From NCBI RefSeq assembly GCF_032062105.1, contig NW_026929962.1:806001-870000 (forward strand): 64,000 bases of DNA, read 5' to 3'. Of this stretch, positions 12,876 through 26,284 are shown piece after piece. Below the pieces are notes generated by a model that worked only from the letters and a program-made list of their open reading frames with translations, ran no database searches and had not been told where the DNA came from. How positions within the stretch are numbered: position 1 is the stretch's first letter; each line of letters opens with the position of its first letter. The DNA comes from Saccostrea cucullata (lineage: Eukaryota). Position numbers and translations under genes: made by a program.

Positions 12876-15800
12876 TCCACATCTCCATGTTCCACAGTGT
12901 GCAACGTAATCACCTCAGTATTAAAATGGGATGAAACCCTTGTATACAGTTTAAATGAATAATAATATTATATATACATGTATTGAATTTTTTTTTTTTT
13001 TATAAGATGACTAATAAACTTGTCAACATTGGCCATCATTAAATATGTGTTTGTATCCAGACTATCCAGATTAGTTGGTAGGTTTTTTTTTTGCCTTACA
13101 GTATTGAAAAACATTGATAACTGTCATATTAAAAATCACAGACTCAGAAATTTGTTGAAGTTTTAAAAAAAATTGAAGTGCTGAAAAAATGATAACTAAT
13201 GGTAGGGCAGATTTTAATGGGTAAGGCTGAGTACATCAAACAAATCATTTTGTTATTGTTGGCCTTAGTAGGGGCACTCTAGATATGAAAATACAGTGTG
13301 TAAAACAAATATTTTTAAATCAAATTTTTTTTATGAAAAGGCCTTAGACATTTTTTGGTATAAAAAGGACAATTTTTTCTTGTAAAAATATTGATAAAAT
13401 TTAATGAAGAAGGTTAAGATTTGTATTAAATATCCAGTAAATGGATATTTACCAGATTTATAACTCATTACACCTAAATTATCAGTAATGCATACTGGAA
13501 CAACTGTGCAATAATTCGAATGACATTTTACAGAAGTTTGCTAAATTACAGGTTTTTGTCAGCTTATTTGGAAATCTTAGGACATCACTGATTTGATCAA
13601 GAACTCATCCAGCGTGAAGACCAGCCATGTGCCTCACTTGTCATGACATTATTAAAGGTAAGTAACCCTATCAGCAAAGAATTGACAAGCAAATCCTTCA
13701 AAAGATTTTCATTTAGGATACTTATATAATTGGTAGTTTTAATACCGTATAAGCATAATTTTTAGCGAGGCATTATCAGCTAGGTTTCTGAGATTGCTAA
13801 AATTGAATATCACTGAAAATTAAATGTGTTTAAGTTGTAATAATAATTTTAATGAAAATTATATACAAATATTATAAAGTTAGTAATCTTTTAAAAATCG
13901 CTACAATTACTTCTCGCTAAATAGAAAATACCAAATTTTAAGGACAAATCACTAAATTTGCATCATGATTCGCTAAAATTTCCACTTGTACAATATTTTA
14001 ATTTCTGTAAAATGTTTTGTTACATTTTATAAAAACAAAAAATATATATTTAAATCAAAATCATTTTATTTCAGCACTTTGTGACAGTGGGAAGATGGGA
14101 TTTAAAACATGACATGGCTCTATATTACTGCATCAAAGACCAATCCAGGTTTACGTATAAAGTGAAGGAAAACAGTCAAGCATCATTTTGAGCCACGTGT
14201 ACATATGTAACCGCCTAGGCGCATTTACAATATGTCCTCTTATTTAAGAAATCACAGTGACCAGTTGTACCTATGATGTCGGACGAGATCCTGATAAAAA
14301 CTTCTGTTGCACTCATCACTACCTGCAAAGAAATGAAAATTTTAAATGACTTGTATCAACACTTTTGTACTACATCTGGCTTGTATTTTCAGATCTTGTT
14401 AGCCTTTATTTTCCTTCAAACAAAATTTTATAAGTACTAACCTGCAGGTGTAAAATGTTTGAAACAATTTGCTTGCCTCAGAAGAAAATTCTCTGCCATT
14501 TAGCAGTGTCATGAGCAGTTGATTGAGGTCACAATTCCACCGGCAAAGAGTACATTGGGTATTTGTAGCTGAATGGTGCCAAATAAAACACTTTTCACAA
14601 GAACCTGGCAAATGTATTAAAGTGGAAGTGAGCATCTACACAAAAAATGAATACTTTCTCAAATATTAACAGTGATATATTATGCCTGTGTACATCCTAA
14701 CTATATATATATAACTAATTACACAAGTAACTAGCAAATATACAATGTCAACTTCCTTAATTTTTTTCTCAAGTTCATGTATAGTGTATTAAAATAAACA
14801 TGCAATATTTGTCTTGTTACACTGAAGTATTTTTAAGAAAATGTCATTCATTGAAACAAGTGTGCAAACACTCTGCACAGTTAGCTATTTTTATGGAGAA
14901 TTTACATGTACCTATCAACATGCATTTTGAATCATGGGGATGTAATGTTAGGCACACCGAAGGAGAAAAGTAATTGTTAACAAAAGTTTTTACCAATCAA
15001 GTTTGATATTTAATAAGAAGGTATGTGCCAAACTTAACTAGTATTATGGTTCATTCAACTTAATTTATTTATCATTGTATGTGAGCTTTCGTGAATTTGA
15101 TAAATAAATGAACTAGTAGGTTTGATAATGAAGAAAGAAAAAAGAGCAGCCCAAAATTTACTCAATACAAAAGAAAATAAATTCCATCATTAACTACTTG
15201 GAAGTTGTCACACTCTTCATGAGTATAAGAATTATGAGATATACTATACATAATGTAAACATATTACATTTAGCCATATATTTTACTTAGTGGAAAACTT
15301 AGTCCGCCTATCCAAGTACATCACTAAATGTCTTGTATATGAATTTAATAACTAGCACATTCAGATATCTAATAGTATGATAACTTGTTGAAAATTGAAT
15401 TTCCACCAAATATTGTACACACCAAATGTAATACATTTACAGTATGTATGCCTCATGAACAGAACAGATCTATACCGGTATATGGATGACACATTCAGTC
15501 GAAGTGTTGTCCCTTTTTCCATATCTGCTGGATCCCTATAAAATATGATGACAAATGTAGATAAAATATTCTATCGTTGAAGGATGAATGTCCTATGGAC
15601 CCAGTCAATGCCTTTTTGGAGACAACGTTAGATTGATCTATCTGACAAATGCCTTCATTAAAAATATTCCTATTTCTAATTCTCATTTAAGAAAGAAAAA
15701 AAAAGTCTGTCTCATAATTGTAAGAGTATTCGGGAAGGGAGTCGTAAGGCTATACAAGTTATATTGAAATTGAATATATATAGTGTATACATCCCTGTTT

Positions 15801-16473
15801 ACATGAAAGAAGTAATATTTGACATTTTTATTTCTGGATAGAGTACATAACAAGTAAATCTATTTATTTCTACTGAAATTCAAGTATAACACATAGGCTT
15901 TAGCCCCCCCCCCCTTTTTTATTGCAAATATATGCATAATATAGCATTGAAAATTGGTGTTTACCTTTATTTTGTTGGTTAAGCCCCCCCCCCCATTCTA
16001 TGTATTCGTCCCGTGTGCTAAATAAATGAAATAAATTTAAGGAACCAATCTTTAGGGAACGTTTTTGTTTGGAAACACATTATTTCAGCTTTAAAACTAT
16101 TTTAATTTTCCTTTATGCTTTAAAATGTTCGCCAACCACACTGCTAATCGTGACCCATTCGGAATGGCTTGTATGTACGTCGTTTAATAAAACAATAAAG
16201 CAGTTAAACGCTGTTTACCTGTATCAATCAATCCATTATATCCTTTTCTTTTCAATAATCGGGAAACAAACGACATGACAGGCTCTGCTAGTCCACCGCG
16301 AGGCGTAAAACTAAATGCCAAGCGGTAATCCATTGTCTCCAAGAACGCTCAAGTACCCGGAAGTTAGAAAACGAAAGTGAAAGTTAACGAGACTTACAGA
16401 CCCTATTGAAAGCTCATTGGAAAAGACATACAATCACAATTATAGTTGTCAGAGTATTCACTTCTTGATTGTT

Positions 16474-18665
16474 TCAGCCAACAAGGTTTCCAGTGATATC
16501 GTCCCTACAAAGCAGAAATTATTTACAATCCTGAACTGAAACACTAAATTATTTTGTTAACATATTCTTTTTTTTTTCTTTTTAGCTGTTCAGGGTACAA
16601 AATTCCCATGTACGTGTAGCATGTATTTTAAAAACATGATAAATAAATGTAATTTAAAAAGGAATTTTAAAGAAAAAGTGGCTACGTTACATTTGCTTGC
16701 AGATATAGTAGTTTCGATCATAGCAATTTCTGTCATCCCAAACAAAGGTGTGGTGGTTGTTTGAGGAACCATCAATCAAGAGGCAATCTTCCTGGTTCAG
16801 TCTATCGTCTGGTTCTCCATGACCAAAGTTTTGGTAATTCATTTTGTCGCCGTTGGGTTCCCATACAAATGTGCCTTCGTTATCCCAGTCCGTGGCTCCT
16901 AACCAAACAACGTCCTCTGAAATCATAGTTTCTCAGTCATCAAGGATCTATTGTAAAATCAGATATTCTAGTGGGGACAAATTATCGAGGTCTTAGGAAA
17001 AATATTGGTTTGTGTTGACTTGATCCCGTGCTTGGAGAATGTTTGGAAGTAATGCATATGATATTTTAATTTCCTTGGTGGTCATAAATTTGTGGGTCTC
17101 TCCGTGCCTCGATATCAACGAAAATTACCCCCCCCCCCCCACGAAAATTAGTGATTTCACAGTATTAAAACTCATTTACCTCACCCCGTCATCCCAGCTT
17201 TCTGTCTGATTTCACACGTCCTCTGTTATCAACTCAGTGAACAATTCTTTGTTTTGGTTATTGGAAGTTTTACAACCAATATATTAACACGATGCCCATT
17301 TATACCCATGCATTCCGATGCTCATAGATAACCGTTGTAACCTCTCATATGCAATATGACGTGAAAAGAATGAGATGCCATAGATTTTTGTGATTGGATT
17401 GGCTAATGTTTGTTCCACATGGCCGTAGGAATCGAGGGGGGGGGGTGTTGGGTGTGCCCCAAATAGTTTTGCCGATATATAGACTACTATAGAAAACATA
17501 ACTACTACATATGTATACTGAAATTGCTTCCTACGGGCCTGGTCTGTACGATATAACTGACAAATGTAACCATTTCCCCATACTTGGCGTGAAGAACTAC
17601 TTTTTAGATTATGCCTGTCATGACACATGGCCTCAATTTTTTTATGGTCTCATCCCAAAACCCGCAATTTCAACTTCAACAACACAAATAATAATTTGAT
17701 TTAAAGACCGAACTGCTTCTGGTTTCATGGAAAGGCATCTATTATAATAAGTGATCCATCTTAAATAAACCAGAATTATACATCTCTCTTTCTTTTAATA
17801 GGTTTTAAAACTTACTTTTATATTGTTTCATGAGGCTTACAATAAAATTATGTTCTTCCTGGTTCAGCACTGATGCAAGATTGGATCCGTGAATTTGACA
17901 CATTGTCTGAAAAGAGAAAATTAGGACAAATGTAATGAAGACCTTAATTTATTTAAAATTGGTACGACACTTAAAAGTTGCAGAAAAGGAAGATCTGAAA
18001 AGGCACGTACAAGGCAATTAATGTGGCAGTTGAAGATCTGAAAGTGTACACCAGTGGATAATCAAGCGGAAACCGCTATTCACAGCAGTACTTTAATATA
18101 TTAAAATAAAATTACCCACCATTCCATCAAACCAAGATTCCACTTCTGGACCCATGTGGTAACAGGCAGGTCCGTGTTTTATCCATCCCGCCGGACACGC
18201 CCATACAATATAAACTGAAATATTTTTAATCCTCAGTAGGTTATTAATATTGAATCCTTTTTGCTAACTATTTACCATGATGATGACGCTTACACTTAGT
18301 AGAATTACCGTTCCAACATTGAAATGGTGAAATAAATGTCAATTTTGATAATTTATTATTGATTAACAATTTAATATTTTTAATTTTTTTTAATCTTGAT
18401 GATATATATAAACAAACTATTCGTTTCCAATTAAAAAAAAAAAAACAGTAAAATTTTGTTTATTTTGATTTCAAGAAAAGACAGATTTTTCTGGGAAAAA
18501 ATGTAAGAAGGGAAAATTGGTTATTTAAAGGCGAAGAAAGTTGTTCAATCTATATTGTTTGAGCCGAATGGCTGTGAATTGCTTTTAATGAATGAATAAT
18601 AAACCATTTTACACACACTTACCTGCAAACTGAAGACAAAACAACTGAAGAATCTCTGAAGTCAT
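16474..18665 (-). CDS. Secreted C-type lectin 3; exons 18665-18623, 18214-18120, 17906-17816, 16916-16691, 16504-16474
   Basis: MTSEILQLFCLQFAV/YIVWACPAGW..ACYH..WFDGM/TMCQIHGSNLASV../VWLGATDW..EPDD..EDC..WDDRNC..YICKQM/DDITGNLVG*; canonical splice sites. Confidence 0.9.
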
Positions 18666-18929
18666 TATTTAGATTTTGTCTGATAAAGTTCAGATAGATT
18701 TAACCAATGTCACAATAATCGGAAATTGACCTGAGAGTGTCCCGATAAGCAGAAGAGGCAATGCATGGACTTTGTGAATAAATCAAAATAAGAAAACCGT
18801 GTATATGTAACAAATTAGGAACAAGCATCTTCGTATCAAATGATGACGTCAAATTCTTTGTTCCTAACGCAGCGAATTGACGTTTACAATCCCTGGACTT
18901 TGGAGTGACTTTTCTGAAATCTTATGAAA

Positions 18930-19745
18930 TGAAATATAAGGAGATAACGAACAGTATTCAAGCTCAAAAGTCCATAAAACAATACAAAATTGGAGCAGAG
19001 CAAATTCGGACCTACAAAACATCAGAGGTGGGATCAGGTGCCATGGAGAAGTGAGCATCCCCTGTCGTCTGGTCGCACCTTCCGTTTGCTTCTTGACAGG
19101 ATTGGGAAATAACGGAAAAATCCGTAGTCAATTCAGTGTGTAAATAATGGACTAACAGTTGGTATGAAAAATGTCAGTCAGCATTTGACTAAATGGTAAA
19201 TCGAATTTGCTGACAAGGTCATTTTATCGACCATAAAACTTAAAAATGATGACTGTAAACGAGACTGCTGATATTCTTGTTTCAGCAACTTGTTTGTCAA
19301 TAATTTACCTCGTTTAAAGTCGTTTTATAAATTGTTCATACGTAGGGTATGCTCTTGCGTATCAAATCAACTGAGAGATATGAACTCTGTATGCAGGTGA
19401 TAAAGGTATATTGCTGCTTATGTAAGGGAAGTTGACAATAGAAAAGTTAAAGTCATTACATTTATCAAAGAGCTTGGTTGCTAGATTACCACTAACTTTT
19501 TTTTCAAGTAAAATATCCATATAAGAAACAGATGTGTCAGAATCTGTGTTATTTTTTTTTATCTCAAGCTCACCAGGATATATCGTATCGACATAAGAAT
19601 GGAAATAAACCTTGTTTATTGACAATACGTACGTCGTCGATATATCTAAATGTCGAATTGAAGGCCACGGCTAGTATTTTCTTCTTTTCACGTATAAGAT
19701 TTTGGACAAATTCTGCTTCATGTGAATACTAAAATAGGTATGCTC
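18930..19745 (-). mobile_element. Penelope-like retroelement, 5'-truncated
   Basis: FRYIDDV, IYPGELEIK, SYMDILL, KLFDKCNDFNFSIVNFPYISSNIPLSPAY..ISQLI, plus the shared 3' motif. Confidence 0.85.
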
Positions 19746-20199
19746 TCATGATGTTTTCGTTTCAGACATTTTGTTTATTAAACCTTATTTTGTGATGTCA
19801 AACAGCTGTTTTAAATTGTTTTATAAACTTTCAAAATAAATTAGGAATATTGTGATTAATGAGCTCACGAAATAGCCCTCCTCTCACAATTGTAAAGTCA
19901 ATCTTTTGTTGTGAGCAACTTGAGATATGTAATCGATCAGATTATAAAATAGGAGATGCAGAATATCATTAAATAGAAAAGATGTTGAGAAATTATTTTT
20001 TTCTTTCAAATTTCATTCGATGGAATTCTAGGATTTCCAGTTAAGAGTTCTGCTCCCCCTATATTATAGGAAACCAAAAGATGCACATCATAATGATTGA
20101 TTTAAAAAATGCAACCAATACAAGTCAGTCAATCGGGCATAACAAATTGCCCCGGAACACGGAATTCTTTGTTCAGATCCCGTAGAAGAGTATTCATAC

Positions 20200-20720
20200 G
20201 CTGCCATCCTGTCTCATCTGCCGTGAGCCATATGCATTGATCAGTAAAGGAAATCATTTCGCACTCAAATTAGGTAATTAAAAAACAGAGGCCTTAGAAT
20301 TAGTATGAACCACACCAGCAAATGATAGGTTTTGTTTGCTAATAAGGTCATTATAAAAACATTATAAAACATTATAAAAACATGGAATTTACGAAAAAAA
20401 AACTGACTTCCAAAGACATCGCTTTTGTCGTATAATTTAGTTTTAATATATTAAAAACATTCATATAACATGGAATAGATGTGAGAGACTCTTTAGTGTC
20501 TTTTATTTCGAGTACTGGAATGTTAAACTAAAGGCCACAGCAAGTATTTTCTTTACTTACAGAAGTTTTAGAATAAATTCTGCTTCAAAGAAATAAAAAA
20601 ACAGGTCGGCAAATGAAAGATATCCATCGGAAATCAAACAAGTTGTCACAAGAACTTGTCTCCAATGAACACTGATGAATATTTGCGGACAAGAGATTAG
20701 CACTTCCCCGTGTGACAGAC
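20200..20720 (-). mobile_element. Old Penelope-like fragment
   Basis: Degenerate matches to the 18930-19745 copy (aaggccacagcaagtatttt, aattctgcttca, aataaggtcatt). Confidence 0.5.
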
Positions 20721-21497
20721 GTACACCCTCATCACTATTAAAAGTAATTCTTAAGCAAATAGTATTTGAAAAGTCTATGACGCCCTCGAAATATTTTATG
20801 AAGTCAGTTTCCTTTTAGTATGATTATGGTTCTATCAAGAAAAAATGTGTTTCAGTTTGTCATTAAAGAACATTAATAGTTGGAAATATTTAACATATTG
20901 TGGTGGAAATCATCATATAAGTATCACGTGATGAAATGCCTACTTATGTTGTTTAGCTCTGATATATGGAACAAATACTGTAGAATCACTTATTTTTGTG
21001 ATGTAAAACTTTGTTATTCAGTCATGTTATGATATAAATAATAAAAACGTAAAAACGTTGGTTTCATATAACACAGTATTCATTGTTTGAGAGTACCGGT
21101 AGTTTTCAGTGTATTTAATTTTATGCGTGAAGCTTTCTTTCCTAAATCATAAAAACTAAAGAATAAGTCAATCTAATAGGTGTTTCATCAAAGTGTTATA
21201 TAAAATTAAATCAAGTCAATTTTACCTGACAAAAAGTATTGCTAGACATTACTAAAGGGAATAAAAAACTTGTCTGTAGTTTTTTTTTTCAAAAACAAAA
21301 GTATTATGCACAGTTCAGAGACGATAAATAATACAAAATATTGGTGTCTGTCCCAAAAAAATCAAGAAGTAATGGTTGTATAAATTTATCCTTGTATCTT
21401 TCTGTATGAAGCAAGAATATTTTTGACAGCGCTTAGATTAAGAAAGAACATGACATCAATATATTGAAAATACATGTATTTTTCTTCTCAAATACCA

Positions 21498-24400
21498 TCA
21501 ACCAATAAGAAATCCAACGTCTGCATCACTGAAACACAAATAAGATGGAGTTAATTCTGGCAACGCAGGTCCTAGGACCAAAAGAATTATTTTTGCTGGC
21601 AAAAAGTTCTCAGATGCCTTGTACATTAAAAGTTATTTTAAAAAGAATTGCATCGTCAACAAACAAACAACTAAATGAATAAAATAAAATGAAAAAAAAT
21701 ATAATATTGTATTTTAAAAAGTTCAAATCATCAGCTCTATATGTAGATATGATTCTTGACGCTTTACACGTCTTACTTTGGATAATACATATTTAAAAAT
21801 ATACATGTACCATGGCCTATCAGGCTATTTTGCTGTAAAATATGTATATGTGGTCACTTCATGAACTCATCAAAGACTTTTGCAAGGTAAGCTCAATTAT
21901 CGTATTTTTTAAAAAAATGTGTATTAATCATTTATATTTATAACTGTAAAATTAAGCAAATAGATGATAGAAAATTTTTTGAAGGCAATTGAATTTACAC
22001 TCAATAACTCACATTAATTCGCAAACGTAACAGTGCAGATTCTCGCAGCTCCTGTCGTCCCACTTATAGCTGTGATGACTATAAGACGAGCCGTCAATCA
22101 TCAGACAGTTCTCTGTGCCTAAATTATTAGGCCTTCCAACGTCAAAGTTTGTATAATTGAGTCTATCGCCATTCGGCTCCCATACCCATAAGCCTTCAAT
22201 GTTCCAGTCTGAAGCACCCAGCCATACACTATTACCTTGTGTTAGAAAGACTAAAATTATTGTGTTAACGTTCATATTGTGAAAGTTTTTTTTTTTCAGA
22301 GAAGAAAGATTTACAGGATCTGTAACACTCACAATTATTTTTATGCATGAGATTAACAATGAATCTGTCCTCCAGGTCATTTTCAATGTGAACGAGGTGA
22401 CCCCCGTGAACTTGGCACATTTTCTGAAGTTACAAAATTAAAAAAAACAATACATTATTGTAAGGAATGAAAATTAGCAATGCTTTTGCATTATATCTAT
22501 CATATTAAGAATATAAACATTAGGGTTTTAAACGATATTTACAAATAACTTAATGAAACAAGGACATTAAATGACTCGTTTAAATTCAACATTACGTAAA
22601 TTCTGTGGTCGATGCAATGATCTTGTCTATCATTAAATCGAATGTTGACAGACGATTTTCATAATAAGTAATAGTTATTGTATATTTATTATGGTGTATC
22701 CATTAAAATCGCCCTTCGTCCAAATCAATACACCATAATAAATATTCAATAACTTTCTTGTATCATGGCCAATCAAACGTCTTGTCACAGATTTTCAGCA
22801 TGATTTTTAATTACACCTATAGAAAATATAGTTTTTGTCAGGTGACCGCATGTATAATCTCTCCTTCCTGTCAGTATTTTTAATAAACATTTTAACGGAT
22901 TGCAGCATCGGATTTCCTTGTCAACTGTTTTGGAGGCCCCCTTTCTTTTAAATGTAGCTACGGACTTAAAGTGGCCGAGTTGTGATTCTGGAGGTGTGAT
23001 TCTGTGCATGAGTGCTGGGGGCACCGACCTGGAGCCCCCCTTTCAAAAATTGCTGGAAATCGATCCGCCCCTGGATTGTTAATGAAATTCACAAGAAAAC
23101 CTTTGGATATCAAAGAAGAAAAATTCGAAGTTGAAGAAGGTAAATTCAAGTGTTATTCAAAAATCAAGAAAAAAAAATACCCGCTGATCATTTGATATAT
23201 TTGAGAGCTGTCGTATTCACGAAAACGCTGTGTCAGGGTCAATTACTCTTCATCTGTGAATGCAGTACAGCTTAAGCCCTATATTACAACAGATGGGATA
23301 TTTTAATATATTTCTGTCTAATTCATGTCAAGAATTTGATTTCATTTTTGAAGAGATCGTAAAATTTAGTTCAGAGATATATACGTACTGTAATTTATGT
23401 GAGACTTTTATTTCACTTGCAGAAACTTTGCATTTGTATATTACAAAGCCCATTCATTCTGTAATTCAGATTCAATATACATGTAAATCAAAATGATGAA
23501 ATCGCCTTGGTGTTCAATAATTTATTTACACGGCACAGTTTTGGCTGGCTCCGCCCATCGGTGTATCTCCAGTTATTGTACACTTGACTTCAAAGGAAAA
23601 ACACCGCAGCCATGATACAATTGTTAGGTAATGATTTTAACTCTGAATTGTCTATAAAGATTTTCTGTAACTTTCCCCAAAATTACGAGTCCATGGCAGG
23701 TGGTACCTGTCGACAGAGAATAAGAACTCCTCCATGGCATCTGGTATCATTTTTGATCTTTATAGAGTTTGTCTTTGTTCTACTCCCAATTTATGTAGAT
23801 CTTATACACTTAAGAGCTCAATAACAATTAGAAAACTTTGAATTTCTTGACTTTAATTAAGTGGGAAATTCCTCCTTCAGAGTAAATAACTGATAAAATG
23901 ATTTTATACACACCATGGCATCAAACCACGATATTTGTTCACGGCTGAAATGGTAACAGGAGGAGTTGTGCTTTTCCCATCCTACCGGGCAGCTCACAGT
24001 GTAAACTAAAACATCCAAATTTTTAGAGTCAGACCATATGATAAATGATCACAAAATAATCATCATTTCATAATTAAAATTCAACGTTACACTTAATTTT
24101 TCAATCTGAACAAAATTGTTCAAAAGCGTCGGAAAATAAACAAGAGCACAGCAAAGCAGAACATCCCCTCTTAAAGAGTACAACTATAAATCAAGACAGC
24201 GTTTGAATCGCGATACAAATAACGTCACTTCCATGTCGCTCAGGACATAAACACACAAACACATAAACATGCTAACGATAGTGTATCTCCTCCAACTCCG
24301 TTGCGAGGGGGTAAAAATTTGTTGGAAACCACTAAATTCTACAGATATGTTCTTTGAACCAATTTTCGCCCATATTGTGCGATTGATTTGAAAATAAAAT

Positions 24401-26284
24401 AACCTAGAAAATAAAACACTTACATCATTATCGATAAACCCTTAACTTGACAGGCAATGATCAAGCTGTCCCTACATAAATATATACTGGTATGTTGTTT
24501 CTGCAGCAGCATCCCTTGCCTCCCTTCACTAATAATACTGCTTTGTTTGTTTGTTTAACGTCCCTTCGAGTATTTTCCCCTCATACAGGGACGCCACCAT
24601 TTTGGTGTTGGAGGGCTGCAATTTTACATCTGTACTTGGACTTAGGTCCTTTGAGCAGTGAAGGATCTTTTTTTGACCGGACCTTGGTCTCATCTGAAGG
24701 ACCAGTATCCGTGTCCTGCGGCAGTAACATTCCCGCGAAGTAAAGATCTTTACTCCCGACTCTATAGCAAGGTAACTCTCTATCCATGATTTCACCACAC
24801 GGGCGATACTTATAAAGTTAATAAGTTTGGAGGTTAAATGTTATCCATTTTACATCATGGAACATGGTGTCCTTTATAACATAGTTTTCCCATCTCAGAT
24901 TAAAGGTATATCTCAATTCAAATTCGTAAATAATATGTTAGAACTAGATATTGTCTTTCAAAAAAAAATTAACGTAAAAATGAAAATTAACGCTTTAAAA
25001 TTAATACAACTCGTTTAGTTTTTTGGATATCTGAAGTGATTTTGGATCCCCCACTATATTTTAATGAATTTCATATACGGTTATAACGAATTACGGATAT
25101 AGCGAAGTAACAAACTTCGTTATAATATATATGCTGTATATTTACTGTATATAGGGAGGAAAATAGAATGGTTAATAATTCCGATTTTTTTTAGATTTGC
25201 AATCAAGTACCCCACAACTTAATATGTATTAATCATTTAATGTGAATTGAAAAGTCAATTTTGTTCAGAATGCAAATATTTAAGTAGATATTCAACAAAT
25301 ACATGTGTATAATGATGCAAACACGTGATTTCCTAGATTAAAGGATAACAAAATTAACCTTTCGATTTAATTTTTTTTATTCATACAATCGAATTTGAAC
25401 AGATAGTAAAATTTTGTTTCATATTTGGATATTCTACTTGAAAAAGACGTTAATGGTAATCTAACAACCAAGCTCTATGATAAACGTGCTGACTTTAACT
25501 TTTCTATCGTCAGCTTTCCTCACATATGCAGAAATATATACCCTCATCATCTGCATACGGAGTTTATATATCTCAGTTGATTCGATACGCAAGAGCAAGC
25601 TCTACGTATGAACAATTTCTAAAACGGGGTAAATTATTAACAAGTTGATGAAACAAGAATATCAACAGTCTCCTTTAAAGTCATCATTTCGTAAGTTCTA
25701 TGGTCAATACAATGACTTTGTCAGCAAATACAATTTATCATTGAGTCAAATGCTGACTGACGTATTTCATACTTATTGTTAGTACATTATTTATACATTG
25801 AATTGACGACGTTTTTTTGTTATTTCCCGATCATGACAAGGAGCACACGGCGGATGTGACCGGTCGACAGGGGATGCTTACTCCTCCATGGCACCTGATC
25901 CCACCTCTATTGTTTTGGAGGTCCGTGTTTGCTCTGCTCCTATTTTGTATTGTTTTATGGACTTTTGAATACTGTTCGTTATCTGCATATGTTTTATTTA
26001 TAAATAATAAATATTGACACAAAAATTAGGATAGATGCAATGAATCCATTATAGCGCATTTTCACTTTCCTTACATTGCAGAAACGCAATATTTAAAAAA
26101 ATCCTGATAAACATAGTTCTACTTTCAAATTCATATTCTGACTTTACGCTATTTCTCGATCTTTAGTACTCGCATAAAGTAGATCTCTACATGAAATAAA
26201 TTTATTACTATATGCCTACTACTTACCAAGTTGAACGGCACCAAAAAATAACGTTAAATGAATCACTGATAAGTATTCCACCAT
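21498..26284 (-). CDS. Secreted C-type lectin 4; exons 26284-26227, 24005-23914, 22423-22333, 22235-22013, 21528-21498
   Basis: MVEYLSVIHLTLFFGAVQLV/YTVSCPVGW..SCYH..WFDAM/KMCQVHGGHLVHI../VWLGASDW..RPNN..ENC..WDDRSC..YVCELI/DADVGFLIG*; canonical splice sites. The first exon is less certain. Confidence 0.87.
24541..24800 (-). mobile_element. Degenerate SINE copy
   Basis: (TTTG)n tail, tttaacgtcccttcgag, ttgagcagtgaaggatcttt, ggtctcatctgaaggacc. Confidence 0.65.
25415..26000 (+). mobile_element. Penelope-like 3' fragment
   Basis: LDILLEKDVNGNLTTKLYDKRADFNFSIV..AYGVYISQLIRYARASS..KSSFRKFYGQYND, then the 3' motif at 25849-25908. Confidence 0.85.

Larger units (their letters stand above)
11112..16404. 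mobile_element. 5.3-kb degenerate DNA transposon, ISL2EU/PIF-Harbinger-like
   Basis: 18-bp perfect TIRs agggtctgtaagtctcgt / acgagacttacagaccct with 2-bp AT duplication; subterminal acttccgggtac / gtacccggaagt; relic FCQCPMG (SWIM-like) near 11520 and ATEVFI (DDE-like) near 14300 on the opposite strand. Confidence 0.75.

Noticed and set aside
24424-24477. Alternative first exon for lectin 4
   Set aside because: ATG is followed by TAG and the phase is wrong; 26284-26227 gives a proper signal peptide.
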